Shown here one piece after another: positions 27,252-35,272 of a stretch of 64,000 nt of DNA. The position numbers and the translations under genes are program-made. The stretch is from Candidatus Poribacteria bacterium. GTDB taxonomy: Bacteria; Poribacteria; WGA-4E; WGA-3G. Under the pieces are notes generated by a model. The model was not told where the DNA came from and did not search any database. It saw only the letters and a program-made list of their open reading frames with translations. The stretch spans positions 1,179,428-1,243,427 of the forward strand of contig OZ244821.1 of NCBI GenBank assembly GCA_965220325.1. Direction: 5' to 3'. Within the stretch, counting starts at the first letter, position 1. Every line of letters begins with the position of its first letter.

Positions 27252-27961
27252 AATTTACCCTCCTGTATACTACTAAACTTTAATTTCACCCCAAACTCTC
27301 TGGCGACTTCTTCAAGTGTAACCATTTCCGCTTCTCCTGCCTCGTGATCGGCTACACGTTGCTCCAACTCTTCAGCAAACTCTGGGCGGAATTCTAACCC
27401 TTCGTCGGGATCGTAGTGGTAGTCCTCAAAGGCGACCTCCAAAAGCTCATAAGCGACGTAAAGTTCTCGAAACGCTAGATCTAACGCCCGATCTGTTGGG
27501 TTCTGCTTAAGCAGCGCGACGAGCCGCTCACGTACGGGGAAGAGCTCTTGAGCAACGAGGGAACGGAGCAGCGTCCGGTATTCGTCCGGTGGCAATTCGG
27601 TGATTTTTTTTTCTGGCATTGGATCGCTGTTTAAGTAAAGTCCCATCCTTCTGAAGTTCCGCTCTTTGAGCGTTGTTTTCCGGTTAGCGAGAACATATTC
27701 GCGTTGCCGTTTTAGTTTCTTGGTGAGCGGTGTATCCGGTGTGAGTCCATCAAGTGGGTCTTCCTCGTAACTCTCCAGCCAAAAGGCGAAATCCACATAG
27801 TCGCCGTGAAAATGAAAGAACTCCGCTTCCAATGCCTCTTGAGGACTATTTTTTCTTAGCAACGCCGCAAGCCGTTCCCGTGATTTAAACAGCTCCTCGT
27901 TGGCGAGGGTGTGAAGCAACTCTCGGAATTCAGTAGCGTTCATCTGTGTAATGTTTGGCAT
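27227..27961 (-). CDS. hypothetical protein with internal duplication (two ELF..RERL.ALL+.N modules)
   Basis: Start at MPNITQ with AGGGAG Shine-Dalgarno 7 nt upstream. The track ORF extends to 28105 without an RBS. Confidence 0.45.
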   Translation of the reverse strand: MPNITQMNATEFRELLHTLANEELFKSRERLAALLRKNSPQEALEAEFFHFHGDYVDFAFWLESYEEDPLDGLTPDTPLTKKLKRQREYVLANRKTTLKERNFRRMGLYLNSDPMPEKKITELPPDEYRTLLRSLVAQELFPVRERLVALLKQNPTDRALDLAFRELYVAYELLEVAFEDYHYDPDEGLEFRPEFAEELEQRVADHEAGEAEMVTLEEVAREFGVKLKFSSIQEGKLCFSQNGI

Positions 27962-28046
27962 GATTTTCTCCCTATGTTTTACAACCCTGGCGTTAAGTAT
28001 AACATAAAACCGAATGGATGTCCAATACCGGTGTATAACTATTTTG

Positions 28047-29144
28047 TCAATTGTCTTTTCGCAGCAGCATTGGAGACGTGAGGTCCCATAGGCGGACGGT
28101 GCCATCTTTACTGCCGCTCGCGAGCGTTACGCCATCCGGACTGAAAGCGACACTCTTAACAGGTGCCGTGTGCCCTGCAAGGGTCGCAATGTGCTTGCCG
28201 GCGGCAATATTCCAGAGTCGGATTGTCTTGTCCTCGCCACCACTTGCCAGCGTTAATCCATCCGGACTGAAGGCAACACTCCACACAACGGATGTATGCC
28301 CTATAAAGATTTTCAGTTGCTGCCCTGTGGTCGTATCCCAAAGTCGGATTGTCTTGTCCCAACTCCCACTCGCGAGTGTCCGTCCATCTGGACTGAAAGC
28401 GACACTAAAGACCCAATTCGTGTGCCCAATAAGCGTTTTCAATTTCTCACCGGTATCAATATCCCACAAACAGACGCTGTTTCCTGCATCGCCACTCGCT
28501 AACGTTTTGCCGTCGCTACTGAATGCGACGCTGAAGATGTTCTCGGTATCCTCAATCAGTGCTTTCAACCGTTTACCTGTTTCTACGTCCCATAGATAGA
28601 GATTCCCATCCTCGCTGCCACTTGCGAGTATCTTGCTATCCGTGCTGAATGCGACAGTATTGACCCAATGCAAACCATTCGGGGCATTTTCTTTCATTGA
28701 CCTGAGCAGCTCGCCGGTAGCAGCGTCCCAGAGGCAAATTACCTCACTTTCATCAATGCCACCTGCGATCATCTGTCCATCCGGACTAAAAGCGACGCTG
28801 TTAATATTCGCAGTGAAGTTCCGTTGAAAAGCCACCCAGAAATTTGCCGCCAATTTGATCTCTTCTCCCGTGACAGCATCCGAGAGTCGGACGGTGTTCT
28901 CCTTGTCACTGGCAACTATTGAACCATCCGGGCTAAACACAACGCTGTGGATGCCTCTCTTGACGGCTAAATCAATCGTGATATGAGACAGATCGGGCAC
29001 GAAAGTTGGTTCCATAGTGGATTTCTCCTTTTGGGTTGCGTCTTCAGATTCCACGGGTGCCACCCCAGTCAATATCAAAAATGTTATGATCATCGTAAAG
29101 ATGATGCCCCAAAAATTAGCTCTGCTGATAGTTGTATAAATCAT
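28047..29144 (-). CDS. WD40-repeat protein with N-terminal signal/TM segment
   Basis: At least 7 WD repeats (LASGSWDKTIRLWD, LASGGEDKTIRLWN, LASGSKDGTVRLWD). ATGA start/stop overlap with anmK. Confidence 0.75.
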   Translation of the reverse strand: MIYTTISRANFWGIIFTMIITFLILTGVAPVESEDATQKEKSTMEPTFVPDLSHITIDLAVKRGIHSVVFSPDGSIVASDKENTVRLSDAVTGEEIKLAANFWVAFQRNFTANINSVAFSPDGQMIAGGIDESEVICLWDAATGELLRSMKENAPNGLHWVNTVAFSTDSKILASGSEDGNLYLWDVETGKRLKALIEDTENIFSVAFSSDGKTLASGDAGNSVCLWDIDTGEKLKTLIGHTNWVFSVAFSPDGRTLASGSWDKTIRLWDTTTGQQLKIFIGHTSVVWSVAFSPDGLTLASGGEDKTIRLWNIAAGKHIATLAGHTAPVKSVAFSPDGVTLASGSKDGTVRLWDLTSPMLLRKDN

Positions 29145-30511
29145 GGCAGTACAAACTTTCCGAGGATTTTCCGAACAGATGCCCCTGTCGCTGAAGGCAG
29201 GTTCCCCGCATTTCCGTGGAGCGTCTCATTCGCCAGAATCGCGAACGCGATCGCCTCCTTCGCATCCGCTGAGATACCAGAGGTGTTCACAGGTTCAACT
29301 GTCGTGTTTTCCAATACTTCGCTCAACCGTTGCATGAGGGTCTGATTGTGGACACCGCCGCCACTCACATAAAGCACGTCTATCGGATTTTGTCCCGCTA
29401 TAAATTGTGCGATGTAGCCGGTAATCGTTTGGACCGTCAACTCGGTCAGTGTCGCGATGCAGTCGTTATCTGAAAGTGTGCGCTTCCGGCAAGCTGTGAG
29501 ACATTCCATCGCATAATTGCGTCCAAACATCTCACGTCCAGTCGTTTTTGGCGGTGGCAGATGGAAAAACGGGTGCTTCAACCATTCGTCAATGATCGGT
29601 TGGTGCGGCGTACCCTGCGCGGCACGCTGCCCCGCTGCGTCATACCGTTCTGTCCCTTCCGTGATCTCTGTTATGACAGCGTCAATACACATATTGCCGG
29701 GCCCCGTATCCGCGGCACAGACAGTATCGAATGCGCCATTTGCCGGAAGCACCGTGAGATTCGCAATCCCGCCGATATTCAAGAGTCCGACTGTTTCAGT
29801 GCTGTTGTGGAACAGCAGATAATCTGGGTATGATACCAACGGTGCACCTTGTCCGCCTGCTGCCATATCCGCGACGCGGAAATCCGCTATCGTTGGAATC
29901 CCTGTTTCGTGTGCAATGACTGCAGGCTCCCCAATCTGCAATGTCGATGACAGGGTGGAAGGGTGGAAGGGTGGAAGGGTGGAAGGGATTGGAAGGGATT
30001 GGAAGGATGGAAGGGCGGAAGGATGGGGGGGATTGGAAGGGTGGATGGGTGGAAGGGTGGAAGGGATTGGAAGGGATTGGAAGGATGGAAGGGCGGAAGG
30101 ATGGAGGGGATTGGAAGGATGGAAGGGTGGAAGGGTGGAAGGGATGTTTGGGTCTTTCGGGAGGTGATGGATCGTTTGGCCGTGTGAACCGATGAGGTCA
30201 ATATCGCTGGTAGACATTTCGCTTTTTTGTAGGATGTGTTTAACTGCCTCAGCGAAGAGGTATCCGATATAGAAATTCATTTCACAGATGTCGTCAACAC
30301 GACCCGTATCGGGTTGACAGAGCGCAAGGATACGTTGTGGCACGCCAGATGGAAACGGAACAGTCTCAAAAGCGATCAGGTCTACTTTAGTTTCCAAACC
30401 GTGTCCGACAATTTCGACAATAGCAGCATCAATGCCGTCAACTGAGGTACCGGACATTAACCCGATAACCAATTTTTTATCTTTCTTGAGAAGTTCAAAA
30501 AAATGTTTCAT
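29141..30511 (-). CDS. anmK: anhydro-N-acetylmuramic acid kinase with an in-frame roughly 65 aa Pro-rich repeat insertion
   Basis: GLMSGTSVDGIDAAIVEI..., GSHGQTIHH..., TLQIGEPAVIAHETGIPTIADFRVADMAAGGQGAPLV are collinear with E. coli AnmK. The insert TLPPFHPSNPLHPSALPSFQSLPIPS... is encoded by CCTTCC repeats. Confidence 0.85.
   Translation of the reverse strand: MKHFFELLKKDKKLVIGLMSGTSVDGIDAAIVEIVGHGLETKVDLIAFETVPFPSGVPQRILALCQPDTGRVDDICEMNFYIGYLFAEAVKHILQKSEMSTSDIDLIGSHGQTIHHLPKDPNIPSTLPPFHPSNPLHPSALPSFQSLPIPSTLPPIHPSNPPHPSALPSFQSLPIPSTLPPFHPSTLSSTLQIGEPAVIAHETGIPTIADFRVADMAAGGQGAPLVSYPDYLLFHNSTETVGLLNIGGIANLTVLPANGAFDTVCAADTGPGNMCIDAVITEITEGTERYDAAGQRAAQGTPHQPIIDEWLKHPFFHLPPPKTTGREMFGRNYAMECLTACRKRTLSDNDCIATLTELTVQTITGYIAQFIAGQNPIDVLYVSGGGVHNQTLMQRLSEVLENTTVEPVNTSGISADAKEAIAFAILANETLHGNAGNLPSATGASVRKILGKFVLP
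29938..30172. repeat. (GGAAGG[GA]TGG)n microsatellite block lying inside the anmK reading frame
   Basis: GGGTGGAAGGGTGGAAGGGTGGAAGGGATTGGAAGG... on the plus strand. Same repeat family as 6337-6400, 25192-25268, 33215-33300 and 38805-38850. Confidence 0.6.
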
Positions 30512-30765
30512 CTGCTAAAAGTTGTCAGTTGTCAGTACGATTTTTTTCTGCGAAAAAAATCTTTCAGTTGTCAGTAGTTTTCAGTTTTCAGTACGGTTTT
30601 TCTGCGAAAAACCTTTCAGTCGTCAGAAAGAGACTTGTGGAACTATCACAACCCTCTTTTAACTGATAACCGATAACCGAAAGGAATCGTACCCGATTCC
30701 GTACTGATAACCATTCCCTCTGATAACTGACAACTGATAACTGACAACTATTTCCTCTGATAACT
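30510..30765. repeat. CAGTTGTCAGT / CTGATAACTGACAA simple repeats in the anmK-namZ intergenic region
   Basis: Multiple direct and inverted copies. A similar tract is at 39296-39340. Confidence 0.4.
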
Positions 30766-30769
30766 ATTT

Positions 30770-31969
30770 TTACTGGTAAACGTGATACTGTGTTGCGCGG
30801 TCTTGCCACTTTTGAAGGTCTGGCATCCACTGTCCCTGAATGGAATCCACTGAATTCCGGTTTGATAGTGCTTCTCGGAGCCACGTGTTGCCTGCCAATC
30901 TATCGAAATGTGATGCTTTGAACGCGAACTGGTCGCTGTATTCGGTGGTTAGGGTAGATAGCATCTGAACGGCTGTCTCTATCGGACGGAAACGTTCTCT
31001 GTCGGTAATATGGATTGCGACACCGTGGCAGGTCTGTTTCGCGTATTTTGTGGTCTCGGACACAGGGGCGGGTGTAAAGACAACGGAACGAAAGCGAACC
31101 CCCGGCAGTCGGCAGTCGTTGAGGTGTCCTGCCCATTTTTCGCCGTTGCACCAAGGCGCGCCGATATATTCAAACGGCTTTGTCGTGCCGCGTCCTTCGC
31201 TCATATTCGTCCCTTCAAATAGACATAAACCGGGATAGAGTGTCGCGGTCGTCAGCGTCGGCATATTCGGTGAGGGCGGCACCCACGGCAAGCCGGTATC
31301 ATCGAACCCCATCGCCCGCTTGTACCCGTGCATCCACGCAACTTTTAACTGACAAGACGGCACGCGCTCCGCTTTTAATAGCCTCGCCAATTCGCCGATT
31401 GTCAACCCGTAACGGATCGGTATCTGGTGTATTCCAACAAATGATTCAGACCCACTTTCCAATACCGGTCCCTCTACAGCATTACACGCAATCGGATTCG
31501 GTCGGTCGGCAACGATGAACGCAATCCCACAGTCCGCGGCGGCTTCCATCGCATACAGCATCGTCGAAATATAGGTGTAATAACGCGCCCCGACATCTTG
31601 CATATCGTAGACCAATACGTCTATGCCTTCAAGTTGATTCGCTGTCGGACGCATCGATTGCCCATATAGACTCAAAACCGGCACATTTATTGAATTTTTG
31701 TCATTGACACCGATACCGTTCGGATTTTTGTTGATAGCAATGCCATCTTGTACTGCACCCCAGAGTCCATGCTCTGGCGTGAAAATCGCGGAGAGTCGGC
31801 ACCCCGGCACTTCTGCGAAAAGCCGATAGTTGTTTTGTAAGGTGGCATCGACACCGGTGTGATTTGTAATAAGTCCGATGGATTTCCCGTGAATCCAGTC
31901 GCGTTTCTCAGTGCGTAGGACGCTTAACCCTAATTCGACGAGTGTTTGAGAATGTGTTGTAGTAGACAT
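30770..31969 (-). CDS. DUF1343 family exo-beta-N-acetylmuramidase (NamZ-like)
   Basis: IGLITNHTGVDATLQNNYRLF...LSAIFTPEHGLWGAVQDG is typical DUF1343/YbbC. Confidence 0.7.
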   Translation of the reverse strand: MSTTTHSQTLVELGLSVLRTEKRDWIHGKSIGLITNHTGVDATLQNNYRLFAEVPGCRLSAIFTPEHGLWGAVQDGIAINKNPNGIGVNDKNSINVPVLSLYGQSMRPTANQLEGIDVLVYDMQDVGARYYTYISTMLYAMEAAADCGIAFIVADRPNPIACNAVEGPVLESGSESFVGIHQIPIRYGLTIGELARLLKAERVPSCQLKVAWMHGYKRAMGFDDTGLPWVPPSPNMPTLTTATLYPGLCLFEGTNMSEGRGTTKPFEYIGAPWCNGEKWAGHLNDCRLPGVRFRSVVFTPAPVSETTKYAKQTCHGVAIHITDRERFRPIETAVQMLSTLTTEYSDQFAFKASHFDRLAGNTWLREALSNRNSVDSIQGQWMPDLQKWQDRATQYHVYQ

Positions 31970-31971
31970 AT

Positions 31972-33264
31972 CTATATAGTGTACACGATGTTGTGGAACA
32001 TCCTCCGAAAGTCGATGATACCGCGCCGGTCAGCATCAGGGTGCACCCGATTTGTCAGCAGGATAGCCGCGAGTTTCCTTTTCAGGCATATCCGTATTGA
32101 GGTACCGGTGAATCCTGTATGATAGAGACACCCATCGTCTGTTACGATCCAACCGATACAACGGCGTTCTCCTTCCGCTGAAACGACTTGACGCATCGTG
32201 TTAAGACTCTCCGGCCGCAATAAACCGTTTCCGCCGCTATCCATCAACGCTTTACAAAACTTTCCGAGGTCTGTTGACGTAGAAAAGAGACCTGCGTTTC
32301 CTGAAATCCCGCCGAGGAAATGTGCGTTTTCGTCGTGTACCTGTCCGATAATCACGCCTTCGCGCCAGTCGTAGCGTTCGTAGTTGACCATCCGACGTTC
32401 AAAACTGTTTGAATCCTCAGTCGCTGCACAATTCTTATGCCATTCCTGCGGTGGATTGAACCGCGTCCACTCCATACCGAGCGGCGCGAAAATCCGCTCT
32501 TCTGATAGTTCGTCAAGCGACTGTCCTGTTACCCTTTCAAGCAATTTACCGAGTACGATATACCCTAAGCAGCTATACACCGTCTTTTCTCCGGGTTGAG
32601 ATGCCAAAGCGATCTGACCGAGGTAAGAGACAACCCGCTCACGAGATTCCGCCCGTAGATAGAGCGGTATCCATGCCGGGAGTCCAGAGGTATGCGCCAG
32701 CAGGTGTGTGAGCGTTACGCCCTTCTGTCGGAATTCCGGCAGATATTCCTGCACCGGTCTACGCAGTGAAAGTTCACCGCTTTCAACGAGTTGCATGCAA
32801 AGTGTTCCGACAACAATAGGTTTTGTCAGCGATGCTAAGTCAAAGAGTGTCCTGCGAAGCATCGGGAGGCGTTTCGGTTTTACGCATCGGAAGCCGAACG
32901 CTTCATGGTAAATCACTCGCTCGCTAGTGAGAATGTATGCAACAGCTCCGGGGAACACCTTTTCCGAAATGCTATTTTGAATAAGTGTCGAAATCGTATT
33001 TTTAATTATTGGCCTCCGTACATCGTTCCACTTCGTTTCACGATGGTTTCTGATCAAGGACGCAACACAAGTAGAAACAAACACATCGGAAATAACCAAA
33101 AACCTGCTCGAAATGTAATGGAGAGCAGAAAAAGTACCTCTAATTATTGGCCTCCGTACATCGTTCCACTTCGTTTCACGGCAGAAAAAGAGCCAATATC
33201 TTAAATAGGACTTAGGCAAAAGTGGAAGAGTGGAAGAGTGGAAGAGTGGAAGGTGTCCTTCCAT
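31972..33264 (-). CDS. beta-lactamase-fold serine hydrolase (AmiE/YbbE-like, probable MurNAc-peptide amidase); start uncertain
   Basis: SxxK motif LASLTKP. N-terminal FPGAVAYILTSERVIYHEAFG. Coupled to namZ with a 2 nt gap. The first 90 or so codons of the track ORF are repeat-derived (GGAAGG block plus a 40-bp direct repeat). Confidence 0.55.
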   Translation of the reverse strand: MEGHLPLFHSSTLPLLPKSYLRYWLFFCRETKWNDVRRPIIRGTFSALHYISSRFLVISDVFVSTCVASLIRNHRETKWNDVRRPIIKNTISTLIQNSISEKVFPGAVAYILTSERVIYHEAFGFRCVKPKRLPMLRRTLFDLASLTKPIVVGTLCMQLVESGELSLRRPVQEYLPEFRQKGVTLTHLLAHTSGLPAWIPLYLRAESRERVVSYLGQIALASQPGEKTVYSCLGYIVLGKLLERVTGQSLDELSEERIFAPLGMEWTRFNPPQEWHKNCAATEDSNSFERRMVNYERYDWREGVIIGQVHDENAHFLGGISGNAGLFSTSTDLGKFCKALMDSGGNGLLRPESLNTMRQVVSAEGERRCIGWIVTDDGCLYHTGFTGTSIRICLKRKLAAILLTNRVHPDADRRGIIDFRRMFHNIVYTI

Positions 33265-33335
33265 CCTTCCGTTCCTTCCATCCTTCCGTTCCTTCCATCC
33301 TTCCGTCCATCAATATCTCTACCATGCGTAAGCCC
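33205..33335. repeat. hairpin microsatellite element (GTGGAAGA)n-(TTCCATCCTTCCG)n bounded by AGGACTTAGGCA / TGCGTAAGCCCT
   Basis: Reverse-complement arrangement of the 6308-6412 element, including TAGAGATATTGATGGACGGAAGG. Confidence 0.55.
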
Positions 33336-33438
33336 TGTTAAAATTAGTTGACTGAGATACTACCTATATGATACACTATTTCTCGTATTTTTGTCAGCAA
33401 CTTTTGATACATGCAAGCCGCCGCCCAGGGAATCAATC

Positions 33439-33804
33439 ATGCAATCACTACCAAAAGAACTTCAAGAAATAACAACAACCGAAAAACCGTGGGGGCACTT
33501 TATACAGTATGTGTTGAATCAACCGGTTACGGTCAAAATTTTAGAAATTCGGGCAGGCGAGCAAGTCAGTTATCAGTATCACCACCACCGAAGCGAATTA
33601 TGGATCCCACTCGATGAGGGTGCCTGTTTGAAACTTGACGGCACCATTCAACGTCCTGAACCGATGGAACCTGTGTTTATCCCCCAAGGTGCAAAACATC
33701 AACTTATCGGTGAATCGAAAGACTACCGGATACTCGAAATTGCGTTTGGACACTTTGACGAAGCAGATATCGTCCGGCTTTCAGACAAATATGGAAGAGT
33801 CTAA
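33439..33804 (+). CDS. cupin domain protein (phosphomannose-isomerase-type cupin)
   Basis: VKILEIRAGEQVSYQYHHHRSELWIPLDEGACLKLDG is a cupin two-His motif. Confidence 0.55.
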   Translation: MQSLPKELQEITTTEKPWGHFIQYVLNQPVTVKILEIRAGEQVSYQYHHHRSELWIPLDEGACLKLDGTIQRPEPMEPVFIPQGAKHQLIGESKDYRILEIAFGHFDEADIVRLSDKYGRV

Positions 33805-35272
33805 AAAAGAGGAGGATTTTTTGGATAGGGAACTTAAGCTATGGATTGATGGCCAGACAATTGAGAGTCAGACACCAGATTCAGCCCCGGCGTCTGCATC
33901 CGTTACTGCGGAGGCGCAAGCGGTACAACAGAGCGTTGATGCCGATTTGCAAGCGATTCACGGACGTTTTCAGGCGGAGCGATCGGTATCCCCTGCTGAA
34001 TTGGCGGCTACACTGCGTGCTTGGACCCGTAGCCATCTCCAAAACGAGGATATTGCTCAGGTCGGAATGTTAGCCGCGCGGGCACGTGCGGAATTTTCGG
34101 TGCTGGTCACCATCGGTATAGGCGGCTCTGATCTCAGTGCTCGCGTCTTTCACGATTCCTTTAATCACCCGTACCATAATTTAGTATCGCCTGAAGAGCG
34201 CGGCGACGCGCCGGAAGTCTATTTCACCGGCGATACTTTCGATCCCCGTAAACTCACCGGCTTAATTGAGATGCTCAAAGCACGGAACCGCCTTCAGAAG
34301 ACACTTTTCAACGTTATCAGCAAATCCGGTACCACAACTGAGACGATGGCAACGCTGATGGTTATCCGTGAAGTGCTTGGTGACGCGAATTGGCAGCGGC
34401 AGGTACTTGTGACGACCGGTCTAACCGATGAGAGTGTGCTGTTCCGCATGCATGCCGAATGCCCATTTTATGGTGAGACACTACTTCCTGTTCCAGAGGG
34501 TGTCGGTGGACGCTTCTCAGCTTTTTCTCCGGTGGGGCTATTCTTTCTGGCGATGACAGCCGGAAAAGATGAAACGCCAGAGACGCGCATCCGCAGTGCA
34601 GTGGAAGGTGTACAGCAGGCACACGAAGATTTTTTCTCTGAGCGTGAATATCAGGACAAGATCGCTTATCAACTCGCTCGATGGATTCATCTTGCTGGAG
34701 AAGTCAAAGGTCGTAAACCGCCAAGCAAAAACACTATTGTCTTCTATAACTATGCCGACAACAGCTGCCTCGGTGAGTGGTTCGTTCAACTCTGTACGGA
34801 GTCTATTCAAGAGCGCGGTACCGGTCCTAACGTCATAAATGCAAAGGGACCTACCAGTAACCACTCAATACTCAACGGTATCATCGCTGGCCCGAGAGAT
34901 AAAATTGTACTTTTTATCCATTGGGAAGACCTTAGTCCCGATTTAGTCCTGCCGACGGACACTGGAATGGATGAGAAATTGGTGGATATTGAAGGACTCT
35001 CCATGACGCACATGCAGACGGCTTCCTATCGCGGCACCGCCTTAGATTTTTCTCAAAACAGTGTTCCTAACGCAACGCTGGTACTCCCGAAACGTGATGT
35101 TCAGTCTGTTTGTCGATTGATGCGGACGTTAATGGATACTATCGCCGTGAAAGGCAGGCTCCAAGGGTTACATCTTGACAACAAGGGCAGAAATGAGTTA
35201 ACATATCTCCAAGATGGCGTTGAAGGTTATAAACAGAATTTCCGATCTTTTGCCAAGGTGTGCCGAGAATGA
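33791..35272 (+). CDS. pgi: glucose-6-phosphate isomerase
   Basis: ISKSGTTTETMA and PEGVGGRFSAFSPVGL are PGI signature motifs. Start at ATG 33791 (MEESKKEED), overlapping the cupin gene end. Confidence 0.75.
   Translation: MEESKKEEDFLDRELKLWIDGQTIESQTPDSAPASASVTAEAQAVQQSVDADLQAIHGRFQAERSVSPAELAATLRAWTRSHLQNEDIAQVGMLAARARAEFSVLVTIGIGGSDLSARVFHDSFNHPYHNLVSPEERGDAPEVYFTGDTFDPRKLTGLIEMLKARNRLQKTLFNVISKSGTTTETMATLMVIREVLGDANWQRQVLVTTGLTDESVLFRMHAECPFYGETLLPVPEGVGGRFSAFSPVGLFFLAMTAGKDETPETRIRSAVEGVQQAHEDFFSEREYQDKIAYQLARWIHLAGEVKGRKPPSKNTIVFYNYADNSCLGEWFVQLCTESIQERGTGPNVINAKGPTSNHSILNGIIAGPRDKIVLFIHWEDLSPDLVLPTDTGMDEKLVDIEGLSMTHMQTASYRGTALDFSQNSVPNATLVLPKRDVQSVCRLMRTLMDTIAVKGRLQGLHLDNKGRNELTYLQDGVEGYKQNFRSFAKVCRE

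Noticed and set aside
29916-30195. Plus-strand ORFs encoding GWKGGRVEG repeats
   Set aside because: They are antisense translations of the GGAAGG microsatellite inside anmK. No RBS, and purely repeat-derived.
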